63,622 nt of DNA from NCBI RefSeq assembly GCF_004010195.1, contig NC_057720.1:20352092-20415713 (forward strand), given 5' to 3'. How positions within the stretch are numbered: position 1 is the stretch's first letter; every line of letters begins with the position of its first letter. Source of the stretch: Chiloscyllium plagiosum (taxonomy: Eukaryota). Below, in pieces: positions 1-12,530 of this stretch. Position numbers and translations under genes: made by a program. Under the pieces are notes generated by a model. The model saw nothing but the letters and a program-made list of their open reading frames with translations, did no database searches and was not told the origin of the DNA.

Positions 1-237
1 CCACTCCTGTGCAGTCACCTTACTTTGATAAAGACCCTTCCCCCACGGTGATAAGATCGCAAATCAACAAGCCTCCCCCTTAACCCAATAGTCCAGGACT
101 GAGCTGGGAGAAAGGGCTGCCCCACTTTGCAGTTACTTTTCATGTCAAAAGTTACAATAACGCATGTGCATGATCATATTTGGACAGACAGTTAAGTCCT
201 TATAAGAGACATAGTTGCTTTCATTTGTAGAATGGCT

Positions 238-331
238 TTGACAAAGGGTCAGCTAGACTCGAAACGTCAGCTCTTTTCTCTCCTTACAGATGCTGCCAGA
301 CCTGCTGAGATTTTCCAGCATTTCTCTTTTG
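238..331 (+). mobile_element. Penelope-like element terminal fragment with degenerate hammerhead motif
   Basis: TTGACAA-AGGGTC-agctag-ACTC-GAAACGTC followed by the cagatgctgccagacctgctgag..tttccagca tail seen in the other PLE ends in this window. Confidence 0.7.
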
Positions 332-804
332 CCCACAGTAATAACATTTGCATAACATCCACACGTAGTAACCTGACTCACCATTGCTCACTGATTGTTG
401 GCTCAATATTGGAAAATTTAGTGACATTTCAGTGCATCACAGATAAGTCCAATCATCCAGGATTTTTCATTCAAAAAGGGAAATAAGATACACCTTTCAA
501 AGAAACATGTTTCCCAACTAAAATCTGATAAAACAGAACTGTTTAGAGTTGTGAAGCAATGCTAAGCATTTATCTTCCCTGCTGAACATGACACCATCAC
601 CAAGGATTGTTATTCTCTCTGTAATATCACAAAGCTGCTTGACCTTTGTAATGTAGGCAATACAAGAGCCAAATGTACCATAGCAAGGTCCCAAAAACAA
701 TAATGAGATAAATGATTAGTTAAATTCTTGCTGTTGCTATTTGTGGAGGAAGGAAGGTCATTCAGATACTGGCGCATCTCTCTCAATGTGGAGTTAGTTA
801 ACTC

Positions 805-1210
805 CATTGACTGGGCAACTGGTTTATGATGCAGTATAGGTTGAATTCCTGCATTGGCTGAATTTACCATGAAGGCCCCCTCTCGTCAATCTGGCTCTTT
901 GCCCAAACTGTGCTCACCCTCAGGTTAACCTCGCCATCAGTTGTCTCTCTACAATACAGGAGCAGCCCTGTGCAACTATAGGCATTAGTTAGCTTGGTTG
1001 ACTGGACTTAGCTCAGTAATACCAATCGTGCAGGTTCAATTCTTGCACCATTGAAGTTACTGTCAAGTAAGCATTACCATGAAGGACTCTTACTCTTAAC
1101 CTTTCCCCTCACGTGAGGCATGGTGACCCTCAGGTTTAATTACCACCAGTCATCTCTCTAATCAGAGAGCAGCCATATGGTCTGGTAAAGCTATGGTGAC
1201 TTTACCTTTT
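805..1210 (+). mobile_element. Two tandem, diverged copies of a tRNA-derived SINE
   Basis: Two related units (~805-985, ~988-1210) with B-box-like ggttgaattcc/ggttcaattct and a shared accatgaagg..ccctcaggtt..agcagcc body; the same family is on the minus strand at 28780-29335. Confidence 0.6.
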
Positions 1211-1610
1211 ATTGACAGCATAGCTGCATCGTTACCATTAATGCTCCGTCTGTCTCTCTCTCTGACACCATTTGCCTTTGCCCATATAAATATATTTTTC
1301 TATTGCCATCCAGTTACTGGTGCTCCCAGCATGAAATAAGCTGCGGGATCACCATCAGTTTGTGGATGGATTACTTAGGCCTGAATCATGTCACCAGGTA
1401 AGGGAGGTCCATGATGTCAAATTAAATCTAGCGCAACATGTCCAATTGTGGGGAAAAGCAAACGATGGACCATCGATGTTAGATATTGATCAAGAAAACC
1501 AATAGAGAAGTAAAAAGAAACACCCTTAACCAACGAGTGATGAGAGTTAGAACTTGCTACCTCATGCAGTGGTTGAAGAGAATAGCATGGAGGACGAATT
1601 GGATAAGCAT

Positions 1611-1960
1611 TTTTTTAACCATTCATTCATGGGATGTGCTTGTCGTTGGTTAAGTCAGCATTTATTGCCTGTCTGTAGTTGCCCTTGAGAAGGTGGTGGT
1701 GAGCTGTCTTCTTAAACTGTTGCAGTCCATGGGCTGTAGGTTGTCCCACAATGCCCTTAGGGAGGGACTTCCAGAATTTTGACCCAGTGACATTGAAGGA
1801 ACGGCAATGTATTTCCAAGTCAGTATGGTGAGTAGCTTGGAGGGAAAGTTGCAGGTGGTGGTGTTCCCATATACCTGGTGCCTTTGTGCTTCTAGATGGT
1901 GGTGGGCATGGTTTCGGAAGGTGCTGTCTAAGGAGCACAGATGAATTTTGGCGATGCATC
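1611..1960 (-). mobile_element. 3' end of a CR1/L2-group LINE (probably same family as 22725-25412 and 29515-30150)
   Basis: Minus-strand ORF remnant ...SKFWKSLPKGIVGQPTAHGLQQFKKTAHHHLLKG, then polyA signal and gaatgaat tail. Confidence 0.7.
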
Positions 1961-1961
1961 T

Positions 1962-2103
1962 TATAGAACATCGAACAATACAGAGCAGAACAGGCCCTTT
2001 GGCCCTCAATGTTGCGCCGACCTGTGAATTATCCTCAGCTCGTTCCCCTACACTATCCCAAAATCATCCATGTGCTTATCTAAGGATTGTTTAAATCTCC
2101 CTA
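1962..2103 (-). mobile_element. CR1 LINE 3' end fragment
   Basis: atagaaca..agaacaggccctttggccc tail typical of the CR1 ends elsewhere in the window. Confidence 0.65.
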
Positions 2104-2622
2104 TGGTTAGTAAATGGGACAGCATTTATTTAGGATATCTGTTGGCATGAATGAGTTGGACCTAAGGGTCTGTTTCTGAGCTGTATATCTCTGTGACTCT
2201 ATAACACGCCATCTAGGCAGCAAATATAACACCAAGGTTTGAACAGATTAGTCGCAGATTGTTGGGTTAGGGAGGAATGGAGTTGGTATCTAGGGAATGC
2301 AGTTTGGAGTAGGGACCAAAAATAATGGCTTCAATTGTGCAAGTGTAAAGCTGGAGAAAACCTCTTCTCATCCAGTACTGGATTGTCAGATAAATACCTT
2401 GATAATTTGGTGAGAGATGCAGTGGTGAGGTAGAGCTGGGTTTAGTTACAGTGTATGATATATGTGAAAATGAACATTGTGACTTTGGATGACGCCACTG
2501 AGGTGCAGCACCCGATGAGTAACAGAAGAAGGACAAGCTTTTGGAGGGACATCAGCAATGGTGGTGCAAGAACAGGCGGTAAAAAGTGATTCTCTGGCTT
2601 CAATTAGATAGATCAAAACAGA

Positions 2623-2817
2623 GGAGGAAGTGAGGACTGCAGGTGCTGGAGATCAGAGTCAAGAGTGTGTAGCTGGAAAAGCACAGCAGGTCAGGAAGCA
2701 TCCCCAAAGCAGGAGAATTGGCGTTTCGGGCCGGAGCCCTTCATCAGGAATGGCCTTCGGGCTTATGCCCGAAACATCAATTCTGCTGCTCTGCGGATGT
2801 TGCCTGACCTGCTGTGC
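2623..2817. mobile_element. Fold-back PLE terminal insertion with hammerhead motif
   Basis: Inverted arms; minus-strand CTGATGAAGGGCTCCGGCCCGAAACGCC at ~2720-2747; TSD TAGATCA(A/G)AACAGA at 2609-2622 and 2818-2831. Confidence 0.85.
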
Positions 2818-2849
2818 TAGATCAGAACAGAACCAGGTAAGAACAGTCC

Positions 2850-3547
2850 TACCCAGTCCTACCCTTCGCATAAACCAAATCATCCACCGACATGTCCGCC
2901 ACCTCCAAACAGACCCCACCACCAGGGATATATTTCCCTCCCCACCCCTTTCCGCCTTCCGCAAAGACTGTTCCCTCCATGACTACCTGGTCAGGTCCAC
3001 GCCCCCCTACAACCCACCCTCCCATCTTGGCACCTTCCCCTGCCACCGCAGGAATTGCAAAACCTGCCCTGGGCCTCCTTCACCGCCGCTCCCTCACCAC
3101 CAGACGCCTGGAGGAAGAACGCCTCATCTTCCACCTCGGAACACTTCAACCCCAGGGCATAAATGTGGACTTCAACAGTTTCCTCATTTCCCCTTCCCCC
3201 ACCTCACCCTATTTTCAAACTTCCTGCTCAGCTCTGTCCCCATGACTTGTCCTGACTTGTCCCACCTGCCTCTCTTCTATTCCACCTATCCATTCCACCC
3301 TCCCCCCGATCTATCACCTTCATCCCCTTCCCCACTTAACTATTGTACTCTATGCTACTTTCTCCCCACCCCCACGCTCCTCTCACTTATCTCTCCACCC
3401 TTCAGGCTCCCTGCCAGTATTCCTGATGAGGAGCTTTTGCCCGAAACTTCGATTTTACTGCTCATCGGATGCTGCCTGAACTGCTGTGCTCTTCCAGCAC
3501 CACTAATCCAGAATCTGGTTTCCAGCATCTGCAGTCATTGTTTCTAC
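2850..3547 (+). mobile_element. Penelope-like retroelement 3' portion (internally deleted), GIY-YIG region plus terminus
   Basis: GTFPCHRRNCKTC and RRLEEERLIFHLGTLQPQGINVDFNSF motifs; hammerhead motif at 3423-3450. Confidence 0.85.
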
Positions 3548-3691
3548 CCAGCCAGTCAACACTGGAGAGGGACTGGAAGAAGATGGTGTATATATGAGCA
3601 GACATACCATAAGGATTGAGGAGGAATAGTTTACCTTTGTCATGGTCACATAGATGAATTTTATGACTTTGACTGCAACCATTTCAATACT

Positions 3692-3842
3692 TTCTCCCCA
3701 CCCCCACCCTCCTCTCACTTATCTCTCCACGCTTCAGGCTCTCTGCCTGTATTCCTGATGAAGGGCTTTTGCCCGAAACGACGATTTTACTGCTCCTTGG
3801 ATGCTGCCTGAACTGCTATGCTCTTCCAGCATCACTAATCCA
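3692..3842 (+). mobile_element. PLE terminal insertion with hammerhead motif
   Basis: CTGATGAAGGGCTTTTGCCCGAAACGAC at 3755-3782; TSD ATTTCAATACT at 3681-3691 and 3843-3853. Confidence 0.85.
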
Positions 3843-4844
3843 ATTTCAATACTGTGTCAAGGGCAGAAACCTGATGGAGGGTTTCAAACATGGAATTCCA
3901 GGAACTGTATAGCAACATAGCCTTGAGTGGACTATTTTAAAGTTGAGAAATGTTAAGGGTACTTAGACAAGGAGGTTATTGGTGCCTTGATAAAGCGACC
4001 TTTGAAATAATTATTCGTAATGGCCTAGTACATTGAAGCTGGGACCTGATAATTCAACGTATCATTTATGGCTTCTAATAGTCTAACCACACTGGGGAGG
4101 TGGGTATTAATCTTGCATTTACAACAAGGAATATCAGGTACAAATCTAAAGATAACTCAGTTTAACCTGTGAACTGGGACAGCGATGGGGTTGATGATTG
4201 TTCTCCAGTTTACAGAGGGTACCAAGGTTAACTGGAAATAAGTGAAATTTGCTGCAGTTTTTATTCTGTTCTTCAATTTCATGATGATTTAAAAAATGCA
4301 GCCAAACAATTTCCATTTAGTCTCAGCCCACTGAAGTGCCTATCAGTTTGCCTTGTGGGTGGTTAAAGATGTTCATGAAGCTGCGTGCATAGACACATTA
4401 TTTAGTATAGATAACAATTTTTCATGAGGGATAAATATTGGCACAACCAACACACACCCACACCCAGGCTTCCACCTGTCAAAACTTGCAATATTTCGTG
4501 TGGAAGTGCGCAAATATGTTACAGGGTGAAATAAATCAAACCAGTTGGCCATAAATTAAACAGTTCAAGATTAGTGAGGCTGTGTCAAACTGCTTGGGGT
4601 GTTCATGAATGCCTCTGCAAATCAGGGAGTGATACTAGGATCAAAGAATCAGAGGGTGTTGGTGGTGTTATTCCACTTGTTCTACCTTTGCTGGTTCTTT
4701 AGAAGAGCTGTTCAATTAATTCATTCCTCTTCACTTTCCCCATAGTCCTGCGAATATTTCATTTTCAAATGTATAGCCAACCATTGCAATTATTCATTCC
4801 TTTCTGCTGCATAAATAAGCAGGGTATTATTAAATTGGAGAGGC

Positions 4845-5325
4845 TTCAGAGGAGATTTACCAGGATGTTGCCTGGAATGGAGGGTTTGAGTTATAAAGAG
4901 AGGCTGGATAAGCTGGGATTTCTTTTTCACTGGAGCGTAGGAGGTTGAAGGGTGACCTTAAAGAGGTTTATAAAATCGTGAGGAGCATAGATAAGGTGAA
5001 TAGCATGGGCTTTTTCCCTAGGGTGGGGAAGTTCAAAACTAGGAGCCATAGTTTGAAAGTGAGAAGAGGAAGATTTAAAACGACATGAGAAGCAGCCTTT
5101 TTCCACAGAGACTGGTTTGTATGTGGAATGAATTGCCAGAGGAAGAGGTGAATGCAGGTGTAGCTACAACATGTAAACGACATTTGGATAAGTAGGTGAA
5201 TAAGAAAGGTGTGGAGGGATCTGGGCCAAACACAGACAAATGGAACTCGTTCAGTTTGGGATTATGGTCGGCATGGGCTAGTTGCACCAAAGGGTCTGTC
5301 TCCGTGCTGTATGTCTCTGACTCTT
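4845..5325 (+). mobile_element. CR1 (HER1-type) LINE 3' fragment
   Basis: QRRFTRMLPGMEGLSYKERLDKLG..RLKGDLKEVYKI remnant and ggtctgtctccgtgctgtatgtctct tail. Confidence 0.85.
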
Positions 5326-5687
5326 TAGGAAAGGTAGTTCGATCATTGCTTACACAATAAATTAGGGATAGAGGAGGCATATAAAATTGTTAGAAAAAAC
5401 AACAAGCAAAAAAAGACATGAATTCAGCAAAAGTGACAAAACATTTGATGGGGACAGGGAAAATAGAATATAAGAGAGTGAGATTGTAGGGAGCATAGAA
5501 ACTGACCATAAAGCTTCTATGAATACATGAAGGGAAAAAGATTAGTCAAGACAAATGTTGATCTCTTACAGCCAGAAACTGGCCAGAATTTAAGTAATAA
5601 GTATTAGTAACAAAATGGTGCTGAGGAAATGAATGGGATTAAAGATTGCTAAATCACCCGGCCCTGATGATCCGTATTCCAGAGAAT

Positions 5688-6363
5688 TAGTGGAGTCGCA
5701 GGTAGATAGGATAGTGAAGAAGGTGTTTGGTATGCTTTCCTTTATTGGTCAGAGTATTGAGTACAGGAGTTGGGAGGTCATGTTGCGGCTGTACAGGACA
5801 TTGGTTAGGCCACTGTTGGAATATTGCGTGCAATTTTGATCTCCTTCCTATCGGAAAGATGTTGTGAAAGTTGAAAGGGTTCAGAAAAGATTTACAAGGA
5901 TGTTGCCAGGGTCGGAGGATTTGAGCTATAGGGAGAGGCTGAACCAGCTGTTTCCCCTGGAGCGTTGGAGGCTGAGGGGTGACCTTATAGAGGTTAACAA
6001 AATTATGAGGGGCATGGATAGGATAAATAGACAAAGTCTTTTCCCGAGGTCAGGGAGTCCAAAGCTAGAGGGGATAGGTTTAGGGTGAGAGGGGAAAGAT
6101 ATAAAAGAGACCTAAGGGGCAACCTTTTCACGCAGAGGGTGGAACGTGTATGGAATGAGCTGCCAGAGGATGTGGTGGAGGCTGGTACAATTGCAACATT
6201 TAAGAGGCATTTGGATGGGTATATGAATAGGAAGGGTTTGGAGGAATATGGGCTGGGTGGTGGAAGGTGGGACTAGATTGGGTTGGGATATCTGGTCGGC
6301 ATGGACAGGTTGGACCGAAGGGTCTGTTTCCATGCTGTACATCTCTATGACTCTATGACTCTA
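5688..6363 (+). mobile_element. Young CR1 (HER1-type) LINE 3' fragment
   Basis: VESQVDRIVKKVFGMLSFIG..RPLLEYCVQF; (ctctatga)n tail. Confidence 0.9.
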
Positions 6364-7050
6364 AATGGCCCTGGAAATATTGGATGCATTGGTAATCATC
6401 TTCCAAAATTCTAGACTCTGAATCAGTTCCTACAGATTGAAGGGTGGAAAATGTAACCCCACTACTTAAAAAGAAAGATTCAAAATAAAGATACAATTAC
6501 AAACTAGTTAGCTTAACATTAGTAATGGGGTATTTGCTGGAGTCTATTATAAAGATGTGATGACAGAAAGTTTAAAAAGCATGAACAGGATTAGACAAAA
6601 CCAACGTGGACATTGATGAAATGCTTAATAAATCTACTGGAGTTTCTTGAAGATATGACTAGTAGAAGAGATTAAGGAGAACCAGTGAATGTAATATATT
6701 TTCCATAGGCTTTGATTAGGTCCCTCATAAGAGGCTAATTGGCGAAGTTAAAGTATATGGGATAAGAGTAAAATATTAGCATTGATGAAGAATTGGTTAT
6801 CAGACAGAAAACAGAAAGTGGGAATAGATGAGTCCTTTTCTGAGCAGTCAGTAGTGACTAGTGAGTAGGGCTTGGGCCTCAAATATTCACAGTCTATATA
6901 AGTGACCTGGATAAGGGAACACTAAGTAACATTTTCAATTTTGCTTATGACACAAAACTGGACAGGCTTGTGAGTTGTGAGCAGGAGGCAAGGAAGCTCC
7001 AAGGTGACGTAAACAATTTGAGTGAGTGGCCAAACATATGGCAGATACAG

Positions 7051-7263
7051 AGTTGAGAGTGTATTGCTGGAAAAGCACAGCAGGTCAGGCAACATCCGAG
7101 GAGCAGGAAAATCGAAGTTTTGGGCCAGACCCCTTCATCAGGCTGAAGGACTCTGGCCCGAAACATCGATTTTCCTGCTCCTCAGATGCTGCCTGACCAG
7201 TTGTGCTTTTCCAGCTACACACTCTCAACTCTGATCTCCTGCATCTGAAGACCTCACTGTCTC
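7051..7263. mobile_element. Fold-back PLE terminal insertion with degenerate hammerhead motifs
   Basis: Long inverted arms centred ~7140; perfect 16-bp TSD CATATGGCAGATACAG at 7035-7050 and 7264-7279. Confidence 0.9.
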
Positions 7264-10129
7264 CATATGGCAGATACAGTCCAAAGCGGTTAAATGTGAA
7301 GTTTAACAATTTGGTGTGAAAAACAGGAGACAGCAGTATTATTTAAATGATGATATTTTGGGAAGCATGGATGTACAAATGGATCTGGATGTCCTTAAAG
7401 ACCAATGAGTGAAAGTAGACAAACAGAGCCTGCAAGCAATTCAGAAGGCAAATGGTATATTGATTTCAGAAGCAGGGATGACTCACTGCAATTTACAAGG
7501 CATTCATGAGACCAAGCCTGGGGTAGTGCATGTAGTTTTGGTCTTCCTAACATAGAGGGAGTACAGCAGAAGGCTCACTAAGGCTGATACTGGGAATGTT
7601 AGGACTGTCCTATCAGGAGAGATTGGTTCGACTGGCCCTGCATTCATTGGAGATTAGGAAGAAGACAGGAGATCTAATTGAAATATTTGAAAGTCCAACA
7701 GAGCCGGACAGCCAGAATATTTTCCCTGGCTGAGGAATCTCAAACCAGAGATCACAATTACAGAATACAGAATAGACCATTTCAGACTAGGATGAGGAAA
7801 CATTTTTTCACTCAGCAGGTGGTCAACCTGTAGAATTTGCTACCACAGAACACTGTGATGGCTGGGTCACTGAAACAAAGTGATAATTTTTTTTAGATAC
7901 TGAATCCATCAAGGTTTAAGGACAGAAATCAGGAACATGGTGTTTGAGGTAGAGGATCCGCCATGATCATATTGAATGGTGGAGAGGGCTCAAAGGGCTG
8001 AATGGCCTCTACCTGCTCCTGTTTTCTATGTTTCTTTTCTGTCAGCACATGCCAAAGGAGATTACTTTCTGACAGTGATGGCACAGAAAAGTCAATTTTG
8101 GGTTATCTGCTGTGAAAATGTTAAACACCCATGACTCGGCTCGTCCCCAAAATGTAAAGGTGTGTTGCTTTGACTGCTGAAGAACTTCTTTCAAAATTCC
8201 GGATGCTGGCGAAAAGAATTCTTGGTATCAGTCCAAAGACATGAATCTATTGGATTGTTTGCTCTCCTTCCCTTCGCAGATTGTGTAACTTTTGGGGAAT
8301 GGCTGCGATGTTGCAACCAAACACTATGATGATAGTCTGATTTCGCTTTCGCGATGATGTGCAACATGAGATAGTGGGGTCAGTTCTGAGCATCAAGTTG
8401 GAGAGCTTGAGCCACACTCCTTTAAAAACAAACAATGCTGAGCATGTGACAACACAAATTGCGCACATATAAAATTTAAAGGTCTCATTTTTTTTTTGGT
8501 CCATATATTTTCCCAATGGCAGCTGACTGAGGAGAAGCTGCAGGTTGTCCTGCGTAAGCTGAGGGGAAACAAGAAATAACAGCAAGAAATAGTCTTTAGG
8601 TGAAAATTTCTTTCACATGTTGAAACGGAGTTGGCCATCTCTCTTCAGGTACTAGGTCTGTTTTATCAAACTACTGACAAGGAATTTGACCTTTGTGAGG
8701 AATGAATAAAGCAACAAAAGATTGTTCCAGGCTGTGTCTAACCACCTGATATAGTGACATGTGAACAAATGGTTGGGAGTAGGTCACCATTATTCGCAAA
8801 CAAAGGAAATCAGGAAGATAAAGTAGGCTTGGCTGGAGCATTACTTCACTGGGTCAGCTAAGTAGCCTGTTTCTGTGCTGTATGTTCTAAAGAATTTCTA
8901 TATAACGAAAACTGGAAAATTGCACCAAAAGCCTACAAGAAAATCTTGCCACGTTATGGTGTGGACAGATACACCTAATCAGGTTACTGACTTCTGCCTC
9001 CTTTAACAATTTGCAGAATGGATATTTCAAAAGACTAGCTCCAACAATGCTGGTTGGGTTTTGCTGAGCTGCAAACAGGTAAAAGAATCACAGCCAACAC
9101 CTCATCTGCCTCTTCAACCTTTATTAATGACAGAGGTTTGGAAGTTTGACCCGACTATCTCTGTTTCACTGATGCATTTCCACACTGGACACATGCATCA
9201 TGCCCTAATGGATTCTAAAGTGCTTTTTTCCACTTTGTGAATTCACAGGCCTGCAAGCACCCTCTGATTTTTTAGTTCGTTAATTACCTCTCCAAGAGTG
9301 GTTCCATCTTATAGTCTCAAACCTGCCTCAGAAACCCTTACTTCTCCTGGTGATGAACTGGTGATCCTCTGATTAAACCAAAATCATCCACAGTCTGTTC
9401 CAAGGCTTCAGGGATTGTGAGGAAGATATCATTCCTAACAAGCATAGAATTGGGACACCCATCTGGACTCCACATCACGTTCTAAAGCCAGTAAAGAATT
9501 CCAGACGTGATCTACAAGAATTATTTGTTGCAATCTTCTGAAAGTTGGGGTTGAAGTGATAAGGGGACGTATTTGCAGAGAACGTCGATAAAGCATGACA
9601 ATTAATGAGGGATTAACAGCAACTCAGGAGTAAGCTGGAATAGGAGAAAAATAGAGAGTGCATCAGCAAAAAACAGGATAAAACTGAAACATTTTGAATT
9701 TGGACTTAGAATGAAGGAGGATTTAAGGGCAAGAATCTTGAAATTGTTTTGCTCGAGGGAATGGAACCGATATAATTTGACAAGGGCTTGTGAATCCAGG
9801 AGGGATATATTTTGGATAAGGATAAATTACTGACTCTAAACCCTGTGTTAACAAGACTGTGTTTTGTCAACCATATGAAAAACCATGCTCATTAATTGTG
9901 AAAAACTGATGAAATAACCATGCAGCAATTTAAATAATAAAACAAACAGGTACTTGCAACATAACAAGAAATGTCGCCAGATCTGATTCTAGTGCAAGTT
10001 GTCAAGTATCTAAGCAACATATACAAAACACCCTGAACATAACAAAATGTATCTGACAGATACCAACGTTGACAGCAAGCCCTTATCATTAGTTCTTGTG
10101 TTAGCTGGCTAAAAGCTAGGCCAAAGTAT

Positions 10130-10605
10130 AACTGTTAAAGAGGAATGAGAAAGTGGTAGAAGCAGAAAGATTTAGGGTGGGATTTCCAGAGCTGAGGCCC
10201 AGGACAGCTGAAGGCCCAGCTGTGAGTGTGACAGGAATTTGAATCAGGAATTTGCAAGAGGCCAGATGTAGAGGAGAGCAGATATCTCAGTGTCTCACAG
10301 CTGGAGGACATTACTGAGACAGAGAGGGTAAGACAAAGAGTGAATTGAAAATAAGAAGGAGTTTTAAAGTTGATGGAAAAATAGGACTTAATGTGACTTA
10401 ATATATCTGCAGCAGAGATTTTAATGAATTCAAGTTAACAGCTGGTGAAACTGGAGGTAGGCCAATGAATATTGAAATTGTCCAGTTTCGAGGTAACACA
10501 GGCAAGAGTGAGGGTTTCAACAACAAATAAACTGAGATGGGGCAGAGTCAGGTGATGCTCCAGAGATGGAACTGGGAATGCTTGGTGATTGAATTGATTT
10601 ACAGA
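10130..10605 (-). mobile_element. Old L2-like LINE relic
   Basis: Purine-rich decayed sequence resembling the antisense of an L2-type RT 3' region; recognised by resemblance only. Confidence 0.4.
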
Positions 10606-10606
10606 A

Positions 10607-10858
10607 GAGGTGATGGCATTGTGTTATTGTCACTGGACCCGTAATCCAGAGACTCGGGTAATGCATTTGGGATCTGGGTTTGAATCCTAGCATGGCAGAG
10701 AAAGGAATCTGCCATCCAAATCTTGCCTGGGCTGTTAGTGACTGCAAACCCACAGCAGTGTGATTGACTCTTAACTGGTGCCTGAAATGGCTGAGCAAGC
10801 CACTCAGATCTAGGGCTATAAAAGCTAGCTCAGTAAGCAATGTTCACGTCATATGAGC
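10607..10858 (+). mobile_element. tRNA-headed SINE (family shared with 31000-32170 and 33718-34068)
   Basis: B-box-like gggtttgaatcc; body aaggaatctgccatcc..gactcttaactg..gcaagccactcag. Confidence 0.7.
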
Positions 10859-11480
10859 TGTGGGAAAAGATCACCACCCTGCCAACCCAATATAGGCCCA
10901 CAAAAGCAAAATTGGCCAAACTATACCAAAACACCCAGAATGCCTCAGCAGGGATCAAGCAGGTTGACAAGTGAAACTAGAGAGCACCCGCAGACAACAA
11001 TGTCAGAGCAACACAGCTATCCCAAAGCCCCAAGACTAGTTTCATAACCCAGCAATACCAAAGCCACACAAAGAGCAGGTCAGACAGAAAAGCACCAGCA
11101 AGAGCACTGCTCCCAGGACAAGACAATGGAAGCACCTCACCATTTCAGAGGAGACACTAACACCTACCTGTGAAGAGGAATTGGACCTCAGAATCCATTG
11201 ATACTGTCAGAATGTTGCTTTATGTAGGGAGTTAGGATGTTCCTCCGATAACTGGTTTTCCGATTAGCATCATTGTAACTAGATTACTCCATTTCCAGAC
11301 ACATTGTATTTCCCCCATTTCTAATTAGCCTCATTGTATAGGATTGTTATAAAACCTGGCTTCATCCTCAGCTTGAGGAAGAGAAATTCTCGACTGTCTG
11401 GGCAGATTGTGCTGTTTCAGCTTAGTCAATTTCTCTTCCGTGATATCGCCTTATTAATAAACTTCGAACTGTGTTTTGTG
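10859..11480 (+). mobile_element. Solo LTR, left part (resumes 16908-16932)
   Basis: Starts TG right after TGAGC; TATAAAA at ~11348 and AATAAA at ~11456; right part ends CA followed by TGAGC (5-bp TSD). Confidence 0.7.
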
Positions 11481-12530
11481 ATAGAGTCATAGAGTCATAG
11501 AGATGTACAGCAGTGAAATAGACCCTTCGGTCCAACCCATCCATGCCGACCAGATATCCCAACCTAATGTAGTCCCACCTGCCAGTACCCGGCCCACTTC
11601 CTATTCATATACCCATCCAAACGCCTCTTAAATGTTGCAATTGTACCAGCCTCCACCACATCCTCTGGCAGCTCATTCCATACATGTACCACCCGCTGTG
11701 TGAAAACATTGCCCCATAGGTCTCTTTTATATCTTTCCCCTCTTACCCTAAACCTATGCCCTCTAGTTCTGGATGGCCCAATCCCAGGGAAAATACCTTG
11801 TCTATTTATCCTATCCATGCCCCTCATAATTTTGTAAACCTCTATAAGGTCACCCCTCAGCCTCCGACGCTCCAAGGAAAACAGCCCCAGCCTGTTCAGC
11901 CTCTCCCTATAGCGCAAATCCTCCAACCCTGGCAACATCCTTGTAAATCATTTCTGAACCCTTTCAAGTTTCACAACATCTTTCTGATAGGAAGGAGATC
12001 AGAATTGCACACAATATTCCAACAGTGGCCTAACCAATGTCCTGTACAGCCACAACATGACCTCCCAACTCCTGTACTCAATACTCTGACCAATAAAGGA
12101 AAGCATACCAAATGCCTTCTTCACTATCCTATCTACCTGCGACTCCACTTTCAAGGAGCTATGAACCTGCACTCCAAGGTCTCTTTGTTCAGCAACACAC
12201 CCTAAGACCTTACCATTAAGTGTATAAGTCCTGCTAATATTTGGTTTCCCAAAATGCAGTACCTCGCATTTATCTGAATCAAACTCCATCTGCCACTTCT
12301 CAGCCCATTGGCTCATCTGGTCAAGATCCTGTTGTAATCTGAGGTAATCTTCTTCGCTGTCCACTACACCTCCAATTTTGGTGTCATCTGCAAACTTACT
12401 AACTGTACCTCTTATGCTCACATCCAAATAATTTATGTAAATGACAAAAGGTAGAGGGCCCAGCACCGATCCTTGTGGCACTCCACTGGTCACAGGCCTC
12501 CAGTCTGAAAAACAACCCTCCACCACCACC
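11481..12530 (-). mobile_element. CR1 (HER1-type) LINE, 3' part
   Basis: GVPQGSVLGP and SKFADDTKIGG RT motifs (ORF 11999-12532); (ctctatga)n tail. Confidence 0.95.

Larger units (their letters stand above)
2205..3920 (-). mobile_element. Old L2-like LINE relic interrupted by three PLE insertions
   Basis: Reverse complement near 2430-2475 resembles a decayed FHxYADDTQLY RT motif; host sequence resumes after each TSD. Confidence 0.45.
5330..8035 (+). mobile_element. Older CR1 LINE ORF2 relic hosting younger insertions
   Basis: KSPGPDD at ~5650, decayed RT motifs 6400-7000 (F-A-Y-D-T-K), 3' tail gggctgaatggcct..ctcctgttttctatgtttct. Confidence 0.75.

Noticed and set aside
2630..3619. 329-aa ORF as a host gene
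   Set aside because: Chance read-through of adjacent PLE termini and a deleted PLE; C-rich low-complexity sequence.
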